The position numbers and the translations under genes were made by a program. DNA of 35,625 bases from a virus: IMG/VR virus record IMGVR_UViG_3300005607_000407. One strand, 5' to 3'. Positions 25,184 to 34,771 of this stretch are shown in pieces (the first letter of the stretch is position 1; every line of letters starts with the position of its first letter). The notes beneath the pieces are model-generated. The model saw nothing but the letters and a program-made list of their open reading frames with translations, was not told the origin of the DNA and ran no database searches.

Positions 25184-26077
25184 ATGTCGGCCAAGGTTAC
25201 ATCAGCACAGCTAGTCATCAAACAGTTGCAATACATAGAGGAAGTCACAGAAGGCACAACACCTAGCAGCTCACCCACTTTTAACGAATGTGGCAAGATA
25301 CAATCACTGTCCTTTACAAGAGATAATTCAGAAATTGAAGTAGGCCAGATTGGCCCGGAGGACCTTTACAACCTGCTGCAGGGCAAGACAGTATCAGGCT
25401 TCAAGGTCAAGATGGCGATATTTAGCAGCACATTCCTGAAATACTGTATCAACGCCGCAAATTATGGCACTCCTGCAGGTACCATTTCTACGCCGTTGTC
25501 TTTCGTTTTCTCATACTATCTCAACGGCGTGGAAAATTTTGTTTTCTTTCGTGGCGCTCGCTGCATCAACTGGACGCTGGAAGGCGACATATCCTCTGTA
25601 ATCACATTCTCTGCAGAATTCCACTGCATCGCCGTAACTGAACCTAACTCATCATCTGGCCTGACAACTCCGACATACATCACGCCATCAAGCTCTGCAG
25701 TATGGAGCTGGCTGTCTGGTGGTTCTGCGCCGGTGCAGTGGAATTCATCGGGAGTCAACGCAATCAAGATTTCTGTTACCGGCAACCGCAACACTGCTGA
25801 GGACTATACTCTGGGAAATGCTGCGCCCTATACCATCCAGCCTCACGGCAGGAGAATAGCCTTTACCCTGACCATTCTGCGGACAGGGGTGACGCTGTCA
25901 GGCGACCAGAACACGGCCACATTAAGGACTCTTGCCTGGACACTGATGACGGCCACTTCAACGATTACGCTGACAAATTCAGTGCTGGACAAGCTGTCAG
26001 AAGAGCGCAACTATGACGACACCAAATCAGTTGCAGAAACCTACAACGGCAAATGCACGGCGGTGAGCATCACGTAA
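25184..26077 (+). CDS. Major tail tube protein
   Basis: YIEEVTEGTTP N-terminal motif and beta-sandwich pattern of siphoviral tube proteins, followed by chaperone and tape measure genes. Confidence 0.85.
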   Translation: MSAKVTSAQLVIKQLQYIEEVTEGTTPSSSPTFNECGKIQSLSFTRDNSEIEVGQIGPEDLYNLLQGKTVSGFKVKMAIFSSTFLKYCINAANYGTPAGTISTPLSFVFSYYLNGVENFVFFRGARCINWTLEGDISSVITFSAEFHCIAVTEPNSSSGLTTPTYITPSSSAVWSWLSGGSAPVQWNSSGVNAIKISVTGNRNTAEDYTLGNAAPYTIQPHGRRIAFTLTILRTGVTLSGDQNTATLRTLAWTLMTATSTITLTNSVLDKLSEERNYDDTKSVAETYNGKCTAVSIT

Positions 26078-26421
26078 TGACGCTGACAACAACAATCGAA
26101 TTTAACGGCAAGACCTATCCTCTTGTGAGAAGGCTGTCGTACAAAGAAGGGTTGCAGATAGAAGATCATCTTGCAGAGTTTCTGGACATTAACGAGCGAT
26201 TAAAGACAGGGGACCAGAAGCAGGTTGAGGAAATTGTCAGCAAGCTAAAGACCATCAAGGAGCCTCAACGCAAATTGGTGATGGATGTGCTTACAAAGTC
26301 GCTGGGCAAAACAGAGGATGAAATACTGGATATGGACTACGCTGAAGTGTTTGTGCTGTTCTCAAAGGTATGGGAAGCGAATTCGAGGGTATCTGATTTT
26401 TTAGGGAAAAACTTGCAATAG
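26077..26421 (+). CDS. Tail assembly chaperone (gpG-like)
   Basis: Position between tube and tape measure genes. Ends just after a slippery heptamer. Confidence 0.8.
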   Translation: MTLTTTIEFNGKTYPLVRRLSYKEGLQIEDHLAEFLDINERLKTGDQKQVEEIVSKLKTIKEPQRKLVMDVLTKSLGKTEDEILDMDYAEVFVLFSKVWEANSRVSDFLGKNLQ

Positions 26422-26651
26422 CATATATCGTGAATAACCTTTCCGTTATTGCGACCATTCCGGAGGCCAAAAAGGCAGCAACCATGCATGCGCTCTGCCC
26501 GCAAATCTCAAGTTACAAAGAACTTTTGGAGATGGACTATTACGACGTGCAGTTGAAGCTGGTGTGCATTTCGGCAGAGAATGAAGCTATGCAACACAGG
26601 CAGAAGGAAATCTCCTTTTACGCAAGAGAAGGGATGCATCAAGTTAGATGA
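26397..26651 (+). CDS. -1 frameshift extension of the tail chaperone (gpGT-like)
   Basis: T TTT TTA at 26397-26403. The -1 frame is open (REKLAIAYIVNNLS..) into the 26430-26651 ORF. Confidence 0.8.
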   Translation, partial: FFREKLAIAYIVNNLSVIATIPEAKKAATMHALCPQISSYKELLEMDYYDVQLKLVCISAENEAMQHRQKEISFYAREGMHQVR

Positions 26652-27106
26652 GCATCAATATCACCCTTGACCAATCCTCGCTTGATGAAGTAGACAAGCT
26701 GACACAGCAGGTAATCGACAATGCAGGCAAGGCGATTGCAGAACAGTTAGTAAATCTGGTAGAAAACATCCTGGCAGAAGCTCGCTCGAACCTGCAGAAC
26801 AACTCTTCTGTGGTGACGGGGGAGCTTGTCGGATCGCTCAAGATTTTTGACGTAACTGAAAACTCGGTCGAGTTTGGATCTGACCTTCCCTACGCCGCCT
26901 ACGTCGAGTTTGGCAGAGGCCCTGTCAATCCGGTGAACAAAAAGTTTCTGCATTTCTTTACAAAAGACGGCAAAGAGGTGTTCACAAAACATGTAGGGCC
27001 TGCAGAGCCAAGGCCCTTTTTAGAACCGGCAATACTACGATACCTGCCCAGGTTCGGGGACCAGCTGGCGGCAGATGAGAGGATATCGCCAGCAGATGCA
27101 AAATGA
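26648..27106 (+). CDS. HK97 gp10-like tail/neck morphogenesis protein
   Basis: VVTGELVGSL..GSDLPYAAYVEFG..G..PRPFLEPA signature. Confidence 0.85.
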   Translation: MSINITLDQSSLDEVDKLTQQVIDNAGKAIAEQLVNLVENILAEARSNLQNNSSVVTGELVGSLKIFDVTENSVEFGSDLPYAAYVEFGRGPVNPVNKKFLHFFTKDGKEVFTKHVGPAEPRPFLEPAILRYLPRFGDQLAADERISPADAK

Positions 27107-27124
27107 AAAAAGCTCACTTTATAA
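27106..27124 (+). promoter_or_regulatory. Canonical archaeal BRE/TATA (AAAAAAG..TTTATAA) for the 27149 gene
   Basis: TTTATAA at 27118-27124, 31 nt before the GTG at 27149. Confidence 0.7.
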
Positions 27125-27148
27125 GGAGCGAACAGCCTTAACTATTGT

Positions 27149-27412
27149 GTGAAATCTCCAACTCTGAGAAAAGAGAATGTCCCTCTCGCCGCATTTTTAG
27201 GAGCTCTAATCTGCGGACTGGGTCATATCATACTTGGTTATACCAAAAGAGGTATAATGATTCTGGTTGGCGCTGCAATTGTTGGCACTGTATCAGCTTT
27301 CATAATCCCGTGGCCCTACACTTTGATTATGATATCACCCTATTGGGGTTGGGCGCTGTATGACCTCGCTAAAATAGTTGGACGCAATACCAATACCTCA
27401 GATAACTACTAG
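27149..27412 (+). CDS. Small multi-pass membrane protein (TM2-like), moron-type insertion
   Basis: AAFLGALICGLGHIILGYTKRGIMIL resembles the TM2-like A..LS..PGLGH.Y.G...RG motif. Confidence 0.75.
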   Translation: MKSPTLRKENVPLAAFLGALICGLGHIILGYTKRGIMILVGAAIVGTVSAFIIPWPYTLIMISPYWGWALYDLAKIVGRNTNTSDNY

Positions 27413-27454
27413 TTCTTCTTTTCTTCCAAACCGCTTTCTTTTTCAGTTAGTTAA

Positions 27455-29023
27455 TTGGCTTCAGGGACAACCTTTCGTTATAATATCACTGTAGATGGTG
27501 CAGATGATGTAAAGCGTGCATTTGAGGAGATCCAGGACAAATACAAACAGGGGATCATAACACAAAGAGAGGCTGCCGAGTCAACTCGTGACCTTGCAAG
27601 AGATACCAGGTTGTTGACGAATGAACACAGGGCGCAGGCCCAGATCTTTCTGGCTTCTCACCCGGCTCTTATGCAACTAAACAACACTATGCAGGTATTT
27701 GCCGGCACTGCCAGGACGGCACTATCAGTTATCAATGCGCTCAACCTTGCACAGCTTGCGTTTGCAGGCCAGTCAGACAAGGTATCCCAGCTGAAAGAGG
27801 AGATTGTAGAGCTGCAGAGACAGCTTTTGCATATCCATACGCCTGAGGAGGGACAGTTGGTCAAGCAGGAAATCATCGACAAGCAGAAAGAGCTGAATCA
27901 GGCAATAGCCGACCAGAATTATCAACATCTGCAATCCGGCATTATTGCCACATCTGCAGGTGTTATGATGGTAAGTGACGCTATCAACATTGCAAAGCAT
28001 TTCAACACTCTAAAAACAAGTGTTTCGAATGTTGCCGATGCAGTAAAATCAATTGGCACTAATGCAGTTAATGCAGTTCCCAACGTTAATTCACTTATCA
28101 CTGCCCTAAAAGCGCTCGCAACTACACTAAACACTCCTGTGGTTGGCTCCGGGACACTGGGGGCTATTCTGTTAGGTACGAGCGCAGGTCTGGCAATCAC
28201 AAACGCTTTTGACCCAAACCAAAAAACTCTCACGGGCTCGCAGAATGATTGGAACAAGGCCATATCGCAGTTTTTCAGCGGATTAGCCAATTCAATACAA
28301 CAAGCTTCTGCACCAATCGCCGCTCAGATAACCGGTTTGGCGGGAAGAGTCATGCAGTCATTTACCCAGGATTGGCCGAAATTTCTTGCATACACTTCCA
28401 ACTACCTGTTGACAAAATTCATGCCTGACATGAATCATGCATGGTCCACGTTTAATGACACTTTCTTCTCTGCCACCACAACATCTCTTGCAACCATTGA
28501 AGGTGCAATCTTTCAAACCTGGGATACGATAGGCAAGAACCTGAAAACTATGTGGGGTTCAATAAAGGGCGAATTTATCTCATTTCTTAATGGATTGATT
28601 TCGGTACTCAACAGTGCTATCTCCGGCATTGCTAGCGGGCTGCAGGGTTTTGCAAACTCATTTATCTCAGCCATCAACGCAGTCATCAGCGCATATGACC
28701 GCCTTCCTGGGCCGGCAAAAATATTTGGCGATATAGGCCAGATTGGGCAGGTATCCATAACTGCGCCAAGCATTCCATTTGTAGCAGCTGCAAAGGGTTT
28801 TGAAGGTACAGTCAATAGCCCAACTCTTTTCATGGTCGGTGAGCGAGGAGCGGAAAGTGTAAGCATCAGACCAAGTGTGAGTCAGAGTAGTTCGGGTGGG
28901 GGGAATATTGTGATAATCAACGTGCAGGGAAGCATAAGAAGCGACAAAGAATTTCTGTCGATGGTGGATAGGTACTTCAGGACTCAGGCTAGGCGCTACG
29001 GCTTTAACGGATTGTTGAGCTAA
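27455..29023 (+). CDS. Tape measure protein
   Basis: Ala/Leu-rich helical 522 aa, C-terminal AAKG....PTLFMVGERGAE motif, position after the chaperones. Confidence 0.9.
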   Translation: MASGTTFRYNITVDGADDVKRAFEEIQDKYKQGIITQREAAESTRDLARDTRLLTNEHRAQAQIFLASHPALMQLNNTMQVFAGTARTALSVINALNLAQLAFAGQSDKVSQLKEEIVELQRQLLHIHTPEEGQLVKQEIIDKQKELNQAIADQNYQHLQSGIIATSAGVMMVSDAINIAKHFNTLKTSVSNVADAVKSIGTNAVNAVPNVNSLITALKALATTLNTPVVGSGTLGAILLGTSAGLAITNAFDPNQKTLTGSQNDWNKAISQFFSGLANSIQQASAPIAAQITGLAGRVMQSFTQDWPKFLAYTSNYLLTKFMPDMNHAWSTFNDTFFSATTTSLATIEGAIFQTWDTIGKNLKTMWGSIKGEFISFLNGLISVLNSAISGIASGLQGFANSFISAINAVISAYDRLPGPAKIFGDIGQIGQVSITAPSIPFVAAAKGFEGTVNSPTLFMVGERGAESVSIRPSVSQSSSGGGNIVIINVQGSIRSDKEFLSMVDRYFRTQARRYGFNGLLS

Positions 29024-29025
29024 TT

Positions 29026-30801
29026 ATGGTTACAGGCCAGCTTGCAGGACTGACTAATCAGCCACTTCTATGCAAAATCACAATACAGAATTCAGCAGGC
29101 GGAGTGTATACATACGATCCAACAGCAGGCGCTAACCCACCCTCTACTGGAACTTATGATTTTCGCTTAAAATCACTCAATTTCACACCACCATCTGATT
29201 TTGGCGTGGCAGGCACGTTTGATATGGTAATTCACAGCCCGACTGATTCTGCATTTTTGCAAAATGTACAACAATATAGCGAGGTCACGATCTGGGTTGG
29301 CAAAACGGCCACCCTGCTTACAAAATTATTTCTCGGCTCAATCGAGCATATCATAATCGAAGAACCGACACAGAACGAGATGTATATCCATATCACCGGC
29401 CCCGACTGGGGTTCATGTGTTCTCAAAAACAGGTTGATAAACAGGGGTTGGTACCAGCTCAAGTTGGCGGGATCTAACGACCCCGATCCGACTGACACAA
29501 GCACGGATATTGTCAACCTTGTAAACGATATCCTGACAAATGCATACGTGTATCCTGTACAGCCTGCGGCCGTAGTCGGCGGAAACAGCGTCACTACAGT
29601 GCAGGACCAGGGAGTAATTGTCAGCTCTGCAAACATTCTGGGCGGAATTACAAAAACCCTCTCAATTCCGTATTTTGAGGCCAATTACGAATATGTAGAT
29701 GACAAGCTATCAGAACTGGACAGCTATCTCAACGCCTGCCACTACATAGACGCCAACAAAAATTTTATCATGAAATTTCTGCCGGTCGACCAGTCGCAGG
29801 CCCCAGACTCTGGCGTCCTGCTAACAGATGATTTTACCGACGCAGTAGCTGTTAGCTGGTCATCTGGTCTCAAGGGGTTAATTGCGCCAAACACCTCTTA
29901 CGATCTTTCAGCAGAGATGCACAAAACAATGGTTCTCGGATTGGGCGGCAATAACATACTGCTTGACCAATCACAGCAAGATAGATCTGGCGGTTCTGAC
30001 AATGTAGATTCCCAGTATCTGGCTGTACAGTTTACACCACAATACAACCAGATCCAGAACATCTCTCTGTATATCAAAAAGACACCGGGTTCTATTGTCA
30101 ACAATCCGCTCGATTGCCAGGTGGACCTGGTATATGACCTGAATGGCAAGCCAAATGGCTCTACAATTACCAGCGTCACAATATCAAAAGATGCCATAAC
30201 GACAAGTGGCGGCTGGCACACCGCATTAATCGCATCAGCAGTCGTGGTAGGCTCACCATTCTGGATAATCGTGAGAAAGCAGGGTGATTCAACTCATACA
30301 TATTCCTGGTACAAGGGCGGATCTGGCCAGACTGTTGCAACGTCAAGCGATGGCGTGAACTGGACAGTGACGACAAACACAGCAGGATATTGTTTTGAAG
30401 TGTTTGCTTCCACACCACTGCTGAAAGTAGCGCAGAACGGATATGATACTAATGTCAACTTCGGCAAAAACGATCTGCAAGAATCTGTCGTAAGAAAGCC
30501 GTTTGTGATTGACCAGCGTTCGATGACTTTTCTGCTCCAGTTCGAGACATACAACCTCTTCCGCTACAAGGAGATTTTCAAATGCAAAGTATACGCTCCC
30601 GACACTCTGCTTAGCATAGGTCAGCGTGTCAGGATCAGAAAACAACTGAGCAAATACAAGTTTGATGCAAATTACATCATCTCTGGCATCGAATATACAT
30701 TTGAGGGCGATGAGCAAGGTGGAATAGGCTCATTCTACTATGATCTGACTGCAGTGTTATACTCGCAGAAATCAGCAGGGCAGACTACAGGCGCTAGTTA
30801 G
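29026..30801 (+). CDS. Distal tail/hub protein with inserted beta-sandwich domain
   Basis: Large beta-rich protein directly after the tape measure gene. hhYID..K.F motif typical of hub proteins. Confidence 0.65.
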   Translation: MVTGQLAGLTNQPLLCKITIQNSAGGVYTYDPTAGANPPSTGTYDFRLKSLNFTPPSDFGVAGTFDMVIHSPTDSAFLQNVQQYSEVTIWVGKTATLLTKLFLGSIEHIIIEEPTQNEMYIHITGPDWGSCVLKNRLINRGWYQLKLAGSNDPDPTDTSTDIVNLVNDILTNAYVYPVQPAAVVGGNSVTTVQDQGVIVSSANILGGITKTLSIPYFEANYEYVDDKLSELDSYLNACHYIDANKNFIMKFLPVDQSQAPDSGVLLTDDFTDAVAVSWSSGLKGLIAPNTSYDLSAEMHKTMVLGLGGNNILLDQSQQDRSGGSDNVDSQYLAVQFTPQYNQIQNISLYIKKTPGSIVNNPLDCQVDLVYDLNGKPNGSTITSVTISKDAITTSGGWHTALIASAVVVGSPFWIIVRKQGDSTHTYSWYKGGSGQTVATSSDGVNWTVTTNTAGYCFEVFASTPLLKVAQNGYDTNVNFGKNDLQESVVRKPFVIDQRSMTFLLQFETYNLFRYKEIFKCKVYAPDTLLSIGQRVRIRKQLSKYKFDANYIISGIEYTFEGDEQGGIGSFYYDLTAVLYSQKSAGQTTGAS

Positions 30802-30848
30802 TTAGTTCTTCTTTATTCTCCGTTTTCTTTTGTTTTCAGATTATTTAG

Positions 30849-31370
30849 TTGACAGTTAGACAAGGACGAGGTCTCTTGCAAAAATCCGCTCTGTCACTGA
30901 GAGGTGATGTCCTTGTCCGTGGTTTCAACGCTCAATATGTTCGCACCTTTCAAGATTCCTTGTCGGCTCGCAAAGCTCGTCAAGGCCTCATCTATGAGGA
31001 TAAAGGTCGAAATCTAATAGTCAACAACGGCTCTAATCTTATCGCTCAGCTTTGCACCGGTTCTTCAACAGCATATTTCACTTACTGTGCAGTCGGCTCC
31101 GGCACAAATGCTGTGACGGCTGGCGACTCGACATTACAGACAGAACTTGGACGGGTTGCAGTCATTGCGGCCTATGCTGTTTCCAACATGGCACATTTTG
31201 ATACTTTCTTTTCAATAGGGCAGGGTAACGGCACGTGGAACGAGACTGGAATATTCAACGCATCATCGAATGGCACGATGGGTTCACGAAAGCTATTATC
31301 TTCATCATTTAGCAAATCTGGTGCAAACACTGCAACTGTAAGCTGGTCTTGGACCTTTACGCCTCAGTGA
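30849..31370 (+). CDS. Tail fibre attachment/collar-like protein
   Basis: NLIVNNG...AVGSGT.......L.TE.GR......NGTWNETGIFNA pattern of tail-collar fibre N-terminal domains. Confidence 0.75.
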   Translation: MTVRQGRGLLQKSALSLRGDVLVRGFNAQYVRTFQDSLSARKARQGLIYEDKGRNLIVNNGSNLIAQLCTGSSTAYFTYCAVGSGTNAVTAGDSTLQTELGRVAVIAAYAVSNMAHFDTFFSIGQGNGTWNETGIFNASSNGTMGSRKLLSSSFSKSGANTATVSWSWTFTPQ

Positions 31371-31376
31371 TGAGAG

Positions 31377-32315
31377 ATGAGCAGCCCAACCAATAGCTAC
31401 AACGACCTTTCGTTAATGTCATACATCTCAGAGCTGAAGATATCGCTGGCCAGGCAGAAGGGACAGGGAACTCCTACAAACATCACATCAGACTATAATT
31501 TTCCAATCTATCCTGACCTCTGCCAGATCACCGACTCTGCTGTAACAAACCAAAACCAACAGTCCGAATCTGATTCTGTTAACTGCCCAGACCTTGTATT
31601 GCAAAATGGTGTGAGCAACAATCAATACTATGTTTGCAATCAACTTGGATATGTCCCCCGCGATTCGGCTCATGTGTTGTGGTTGCCGTTTGAGAAGCAT
31701 ACATGTGATGCAACACTGACTCAGTCGACCGGCAAAGCTTTCAACTCACCAGTTTTTGTAGCTGGTGTTACAAGATATGGCCTGCAGTTTAACGGCACTA
31801 CACAATATCTGCAGGTCCCAGATTCCACATCTTTGCAGCTGACCACATGGACAATCTGTCTGTGGGTTTATGTTAATTCTATCGGCGCATTGCAGGCGCT
31901 GATAATCAAAAGCGTCTATAGCAATGCTCGCAACTACAGTCTCTCCATCCTGGCATCTGGCAAGATAGAGTGTGGCATAGGAAACGGAACCAGCTTTTTC
32001 CAGCTGACGAGTGCAATTACGCTGTCTGCAAATAAGTGGTATCACATCGCATTTACGTTTGATGGAGTCAGTGCCTGGAAAGTATACATCAACGGACAGC
32101 TGGACAATTCTCAGACGGTAGCAGTTACACCAAACCTGCAGGCAGGAGTCCTCAATATCGCAGCAAACAATGGCGGCGGCAACTTTTTTGGCGGTGTAAT
32201 GGACGATATCAACATCTTTAACACAGTTCTGTCACAGGCAGACATTCAGACAGTGATGGCAATAGGACAGCGATATGCTCCTGATGCAGTTGATTTTGAG
32301 ACGGTGGGCTTCTGA
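31377..32315 (+). CDS. LamG (concanavalin A-like) domain tail protein
   Basis: LQFNGTTQYL..WTICLWV..KWYHIAFTFDG..YINGQL..FFGGVMDDINIFN. Confidence 0.9.
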   Translation: MSSPTNSYNDLSLMSYISELKISLARQKGQGTPTNITSDYNFPIYPDLCQITDSAVTNQNQQSESDSVNCPDLVLQNGVSNNQYYVCNQLGYVPRDSAHVLWLPFEKHTCDATLTQSTGKAFNSPVFVAGVTRYGLQFNGTTQYLQVPDSTSLQLTTWTICLWVYVNSIGALQALIIKSVYSNARNYSLSILASGKIECGIGNGTSFFQLTSAITLSANKWYHIAFTFDGVSAWKVYINGQLDNSQTVAVTPNLQAGVLNIAANNGGGNFFGGVMDDINIFNTVLSQADIQTVMAIGQRYAPDAVDFETVGF

Positions 32316-32317
32316 AG

Positions 32318-33688
32318 ATGGGCAATTCATACGGTCAAAAATGGTTAGATGGTGATCAAGGGACCAGGCAGCGCCGGAACTGGAAAACAATTGTAGTCGA
32401 TACAGGCGCCAACATTTCAGCACTGGATTATACAACTGGACTTGTATCGAGGTATAGCTTTGCATCAGATGGTTCTGATTCACAAGGCGCTAACACGCTA
32501 ACCCTGACAGGTTCTCCCACTTTTGTCGCTGCTATCTATGGCAATGGCATGCAGCTGGATGGCGCTACACAGTTTGCACAGGCTGCATCAAGTTCAGTGT
32601 TTGACCAGACCACAACCGCTTTTGGTTTCTCTGTATGGTTGCAAGTTATTGCGCTGCCAGCCTCAAAGGGATATATTGTTTCAAAGCGGAACGATGCGGC
32701 CTCAACAAATGTCGGATACGATGTATATGTCAACTCTTCAGGCCAGATAGTTGTCGAGCTGTCTGATGGTACAACACTCTTCACCTATACCAGCAGTCAA
32801 ACTCTGTCGACAGCGACATGGTATCACATCACGGTATATTTCAACAGGGGAACAAACATCCAGCTGTACATCAATGCCATCTCTGACGGCACGGTGGCGC
32901 AGGGAACAACTACAACAATCACAAATACTCAGGTATTTACTGTAGGAAGGCATTCTAATACATCATCTTCATTTCTCAATGCTGTATTTGACCAGCTGCA
33001 AATATTCAATAGTTCTGGCGCGCTCAACACACTGGCAAACGTGCAGCAGATCTATTCTGACTGTCATTCTGGGATGGTAGCATTTTGTGAATACACAGGT
33101 TCAGGATTTACAGGCGGCCAGCTCTATCAGCGCAACGCAGAGAATACAGCGTGGTTGGCTATCCCAGAGGTGCAGAGCAAAACGATTTCGACAGGAGATA
33201 TCCTTCGTGGTCTCTCTTCAGGAGTATACGACAGGCTGGCCATGGGTTCTGCAAATCAGGTTCTGAGCGTCAATGCAGGAGGCACTGATCTGGCCTGGGC
33301 AACAGTACATTATCAGTGGGAAATTCACATAATCGGCACTCCCTATGTCACAGGAAATAATTTCCTTCAATACTTTGGTTTGGCAGGCGGCAACTCTGCT
33401 ACAGCCTCAAACGTTGAGGGTGCAGTGACTAGGGCAAGCACATTATCATACATCAACATTCGTTTGACTGCTAATACACTGAATGCACCACTAATAGTTT
33501 ATTACGGATTGAATGGAACATATCTTGGCACATTGAGTGTGAGTTCAGGCAGTACGGGGATTTTCACATCGTCTTTCATCGGCCAGACATATGCGACAGG
33601 GGATAGGATTAGCGTTGCGCTGGGATGTTCCGGTAGTGCAGGTGCATCAACAGTAGCAGATCTGGGGTTGGGGTTCACAAGTCCATGA
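32318..33688 (+). CDS. LamG-domain receptor-binding/tail fibre protein
   Basis: MQLDGATQF..FSVWL..WYHITV..LYINA..FDQLQIFN followed by a Gly/Ser/Thr-rich C-terminal domain. Confidence 0.88.
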   Translation: MGNSYGQKWLDGDQGTRQRRNWKTIVVDTGANISALDYTTGLVSRYSFASDGSDSQGANTLTLTGSPTFVAAIYGNGMQLDGATQFAQAASSSVFDQTTTAFGFSVWLQVIALPASKGYIVSKRNDAASTNVGYDVYVNSSGQIVVELSDGTTLFTYTSSQTLSTATWYHITVYFNRGTNIQLYINAISDGTVAQGTTTTITNTQVFTVGRHSNTSSSFLNAVFDQLQIFNSSGALNTLANVQQIYSDCHSGMVAFCEYTGSGFTGGQLYQRNAENTAWLAIPEVQSKTISTGDILRGLSSGVYDRLAMGSANQVLSVNAGGTDLAWATVHYQWEIHIIGTPYVTGNNFLQYFGLAGGNSATASNVEGAVTRASTLSYINIRLTANTLNAPLIVYYGLNGTYLGTLSVSSGSTGIFTSSFIGQTYATGDRISVALGCSGSAGASTVADLGLGFTSP

Positions 33689-33942
33689 CAAATTTAGTAC
33701 AGGTCGATTGGCATCCTGATACATGCTCTTGTATTCTGAGATATCAGGGACCAGTCGGCCAGGTCAGCAATGACCCCGCCTATTTCGTGCAGAGCTTGCA
33801 GCGATGTGTATTGCATCAGTCTGTAGCTGAAACTGATATCGCGCAGACGGTGCTTATGTATAATCAGAGCTTCAATAACGATACTGCAACTATCACGAAG
33901 ACCCAAGCAATGCAGCAGAACACTCCTGCTCCAGCTCAATAG
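33685..33942 (+). CDS. Small tail-associated protein (fibre chaperone-like)
   Basis: ATGA-coupled to the fibre gene, WHPDTCSC..C..H motif. Confidence 0.6.
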   Translation: MTNLVQVDWHPDTCSCILRYQGPVGQVSNDPAYFVQSLQRCVLHQSVAETDIAQTVLMYNQSFNNDTATITKTQAMQQNTPAPAQ

Positions 33943-33988
33943 ATTAGTTAGTTCTTTCTTTTTCTTTTCTCCTACCTTTTTCTGTCAG

Positions 33989-34588
33989 ATGTCAGATTTC
34001 GACCGCTTTCTGCAACGAATCATCGTTTTCGATCCTGCTCTGTCAGCGACAGTCAAGGACCAGGAGCGTTTCTTGTTCTGCATTAAAACTATAATGCAGC
34101 GCTACATACAGCAGCTAAACAACTCGCAGTTATTTAGCAAGTTGCAAAAACTGACTGTCACATCAGGTAGCAATCCAGCTCTGCATCAAAACAACGCTAT
34201 AGGCATAGATGAGTTTCAGTCGCATCAAATCTATGTTGCCTTTTTCGATGATCCGAACTTTGACAGTTCTATAGACGGCCATGAACTGGCTCATGAAGCG
34301 CTGAATTACCTGCTAGGAGCTGGAGATGTTGATGCGAACAACCTTGTGCATTATGCTTACAACTTGCACGAGGCGGATCCTTCTTCGCCTTATGTCATTT
34401 TCGAGGACGTCAAATATCACAACTGGCGTCAATTCTTTGCTTTCGACAAAAAGACGTATCAGTACAGGCTATCTTATGCAAACCTCGCTTTACTACTAAA
34501 AGATAGAGACAAAATCAGAGCTGAAATCAAGGTGGGAACAGCGCCGCTTGTGCCGAATCACTATTGGCCGTATCCGCCAGGGCCTTGA
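33989..34588 (+). CDS. Zincin-like metallopeptidase
   Basis: GHELAHE contains an HExxH motif. Preceded by the late element. Confidence 0.65.
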   Translation: MSDFDRFLQRIIVFDPALSATVKDQERFLFCIKTIMQRYIQQLNNSQLFSKLQKLTVTSGSNPALHQNNAIGIDEFQSHQIYVAFFDDPNFDSSIDGHELAHEALNYLLGAGDVDANNLVHYAYNLHEADPSSPYVIFEDVKYHNWRQFFAFDKKTYQYRLSYANLALLLKDRDKIRAEIKVGTAPLVPNHYWPYPPGP

Positions 34589-34764
34589 CGGCCACCATAG
34601 GCCGCTGTATGTTTTGCAAGCGGCCACTAAGAAGGACATCTTTCAATCCTGTCACTCAAAAACCAAATTTTTGTAGAATAATTTGCTGGGACCACTTTCA
34701 CGACAAAAAAAAGTGGGTCAGAACGTTGGTGGCCGAAAAGGTTATTTGTCCTGTCACGCAATAA
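34585..34764 (+). CDS. Small Cys-rich protein
   Basis: CMFC..FCRIICWDH. TTGA overlap with the upstream stop. Confidence 0.55.
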   Translation: MTATIGRCMFCKRPLRRTSFNPVTQKPNFCRIICWDHFHDKKKWVRTLVAEKVICPVTQ

Positions 34765-34771
34765 AAAATTA

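Larger units (their letters stand above)
13691..33960 (+). promoter_or_regulatory. Dispersed late-gene element ANTTCTYYTTT followed by a pyrimidine tract (11 copies)
   Basis: Copies start at 13691, 17765, 20221, 21417, 22663, 23299, 23858, 24850, 27411, 30804 and 33950, each 34-45 nt before a start codon. Promoter versus terminator role is unresolved. Confidence 0.7.

Noticed and set aside
40-33939. Numerous minus-strand and alternate-frame ORFs in the track (e.g. 3395-3949, 5116-5628, 10958-11380, 29232-29684)
   Set aside because: They fully overlap well-supported plus-strand genes and show no motifs, so I treat them as shadows.
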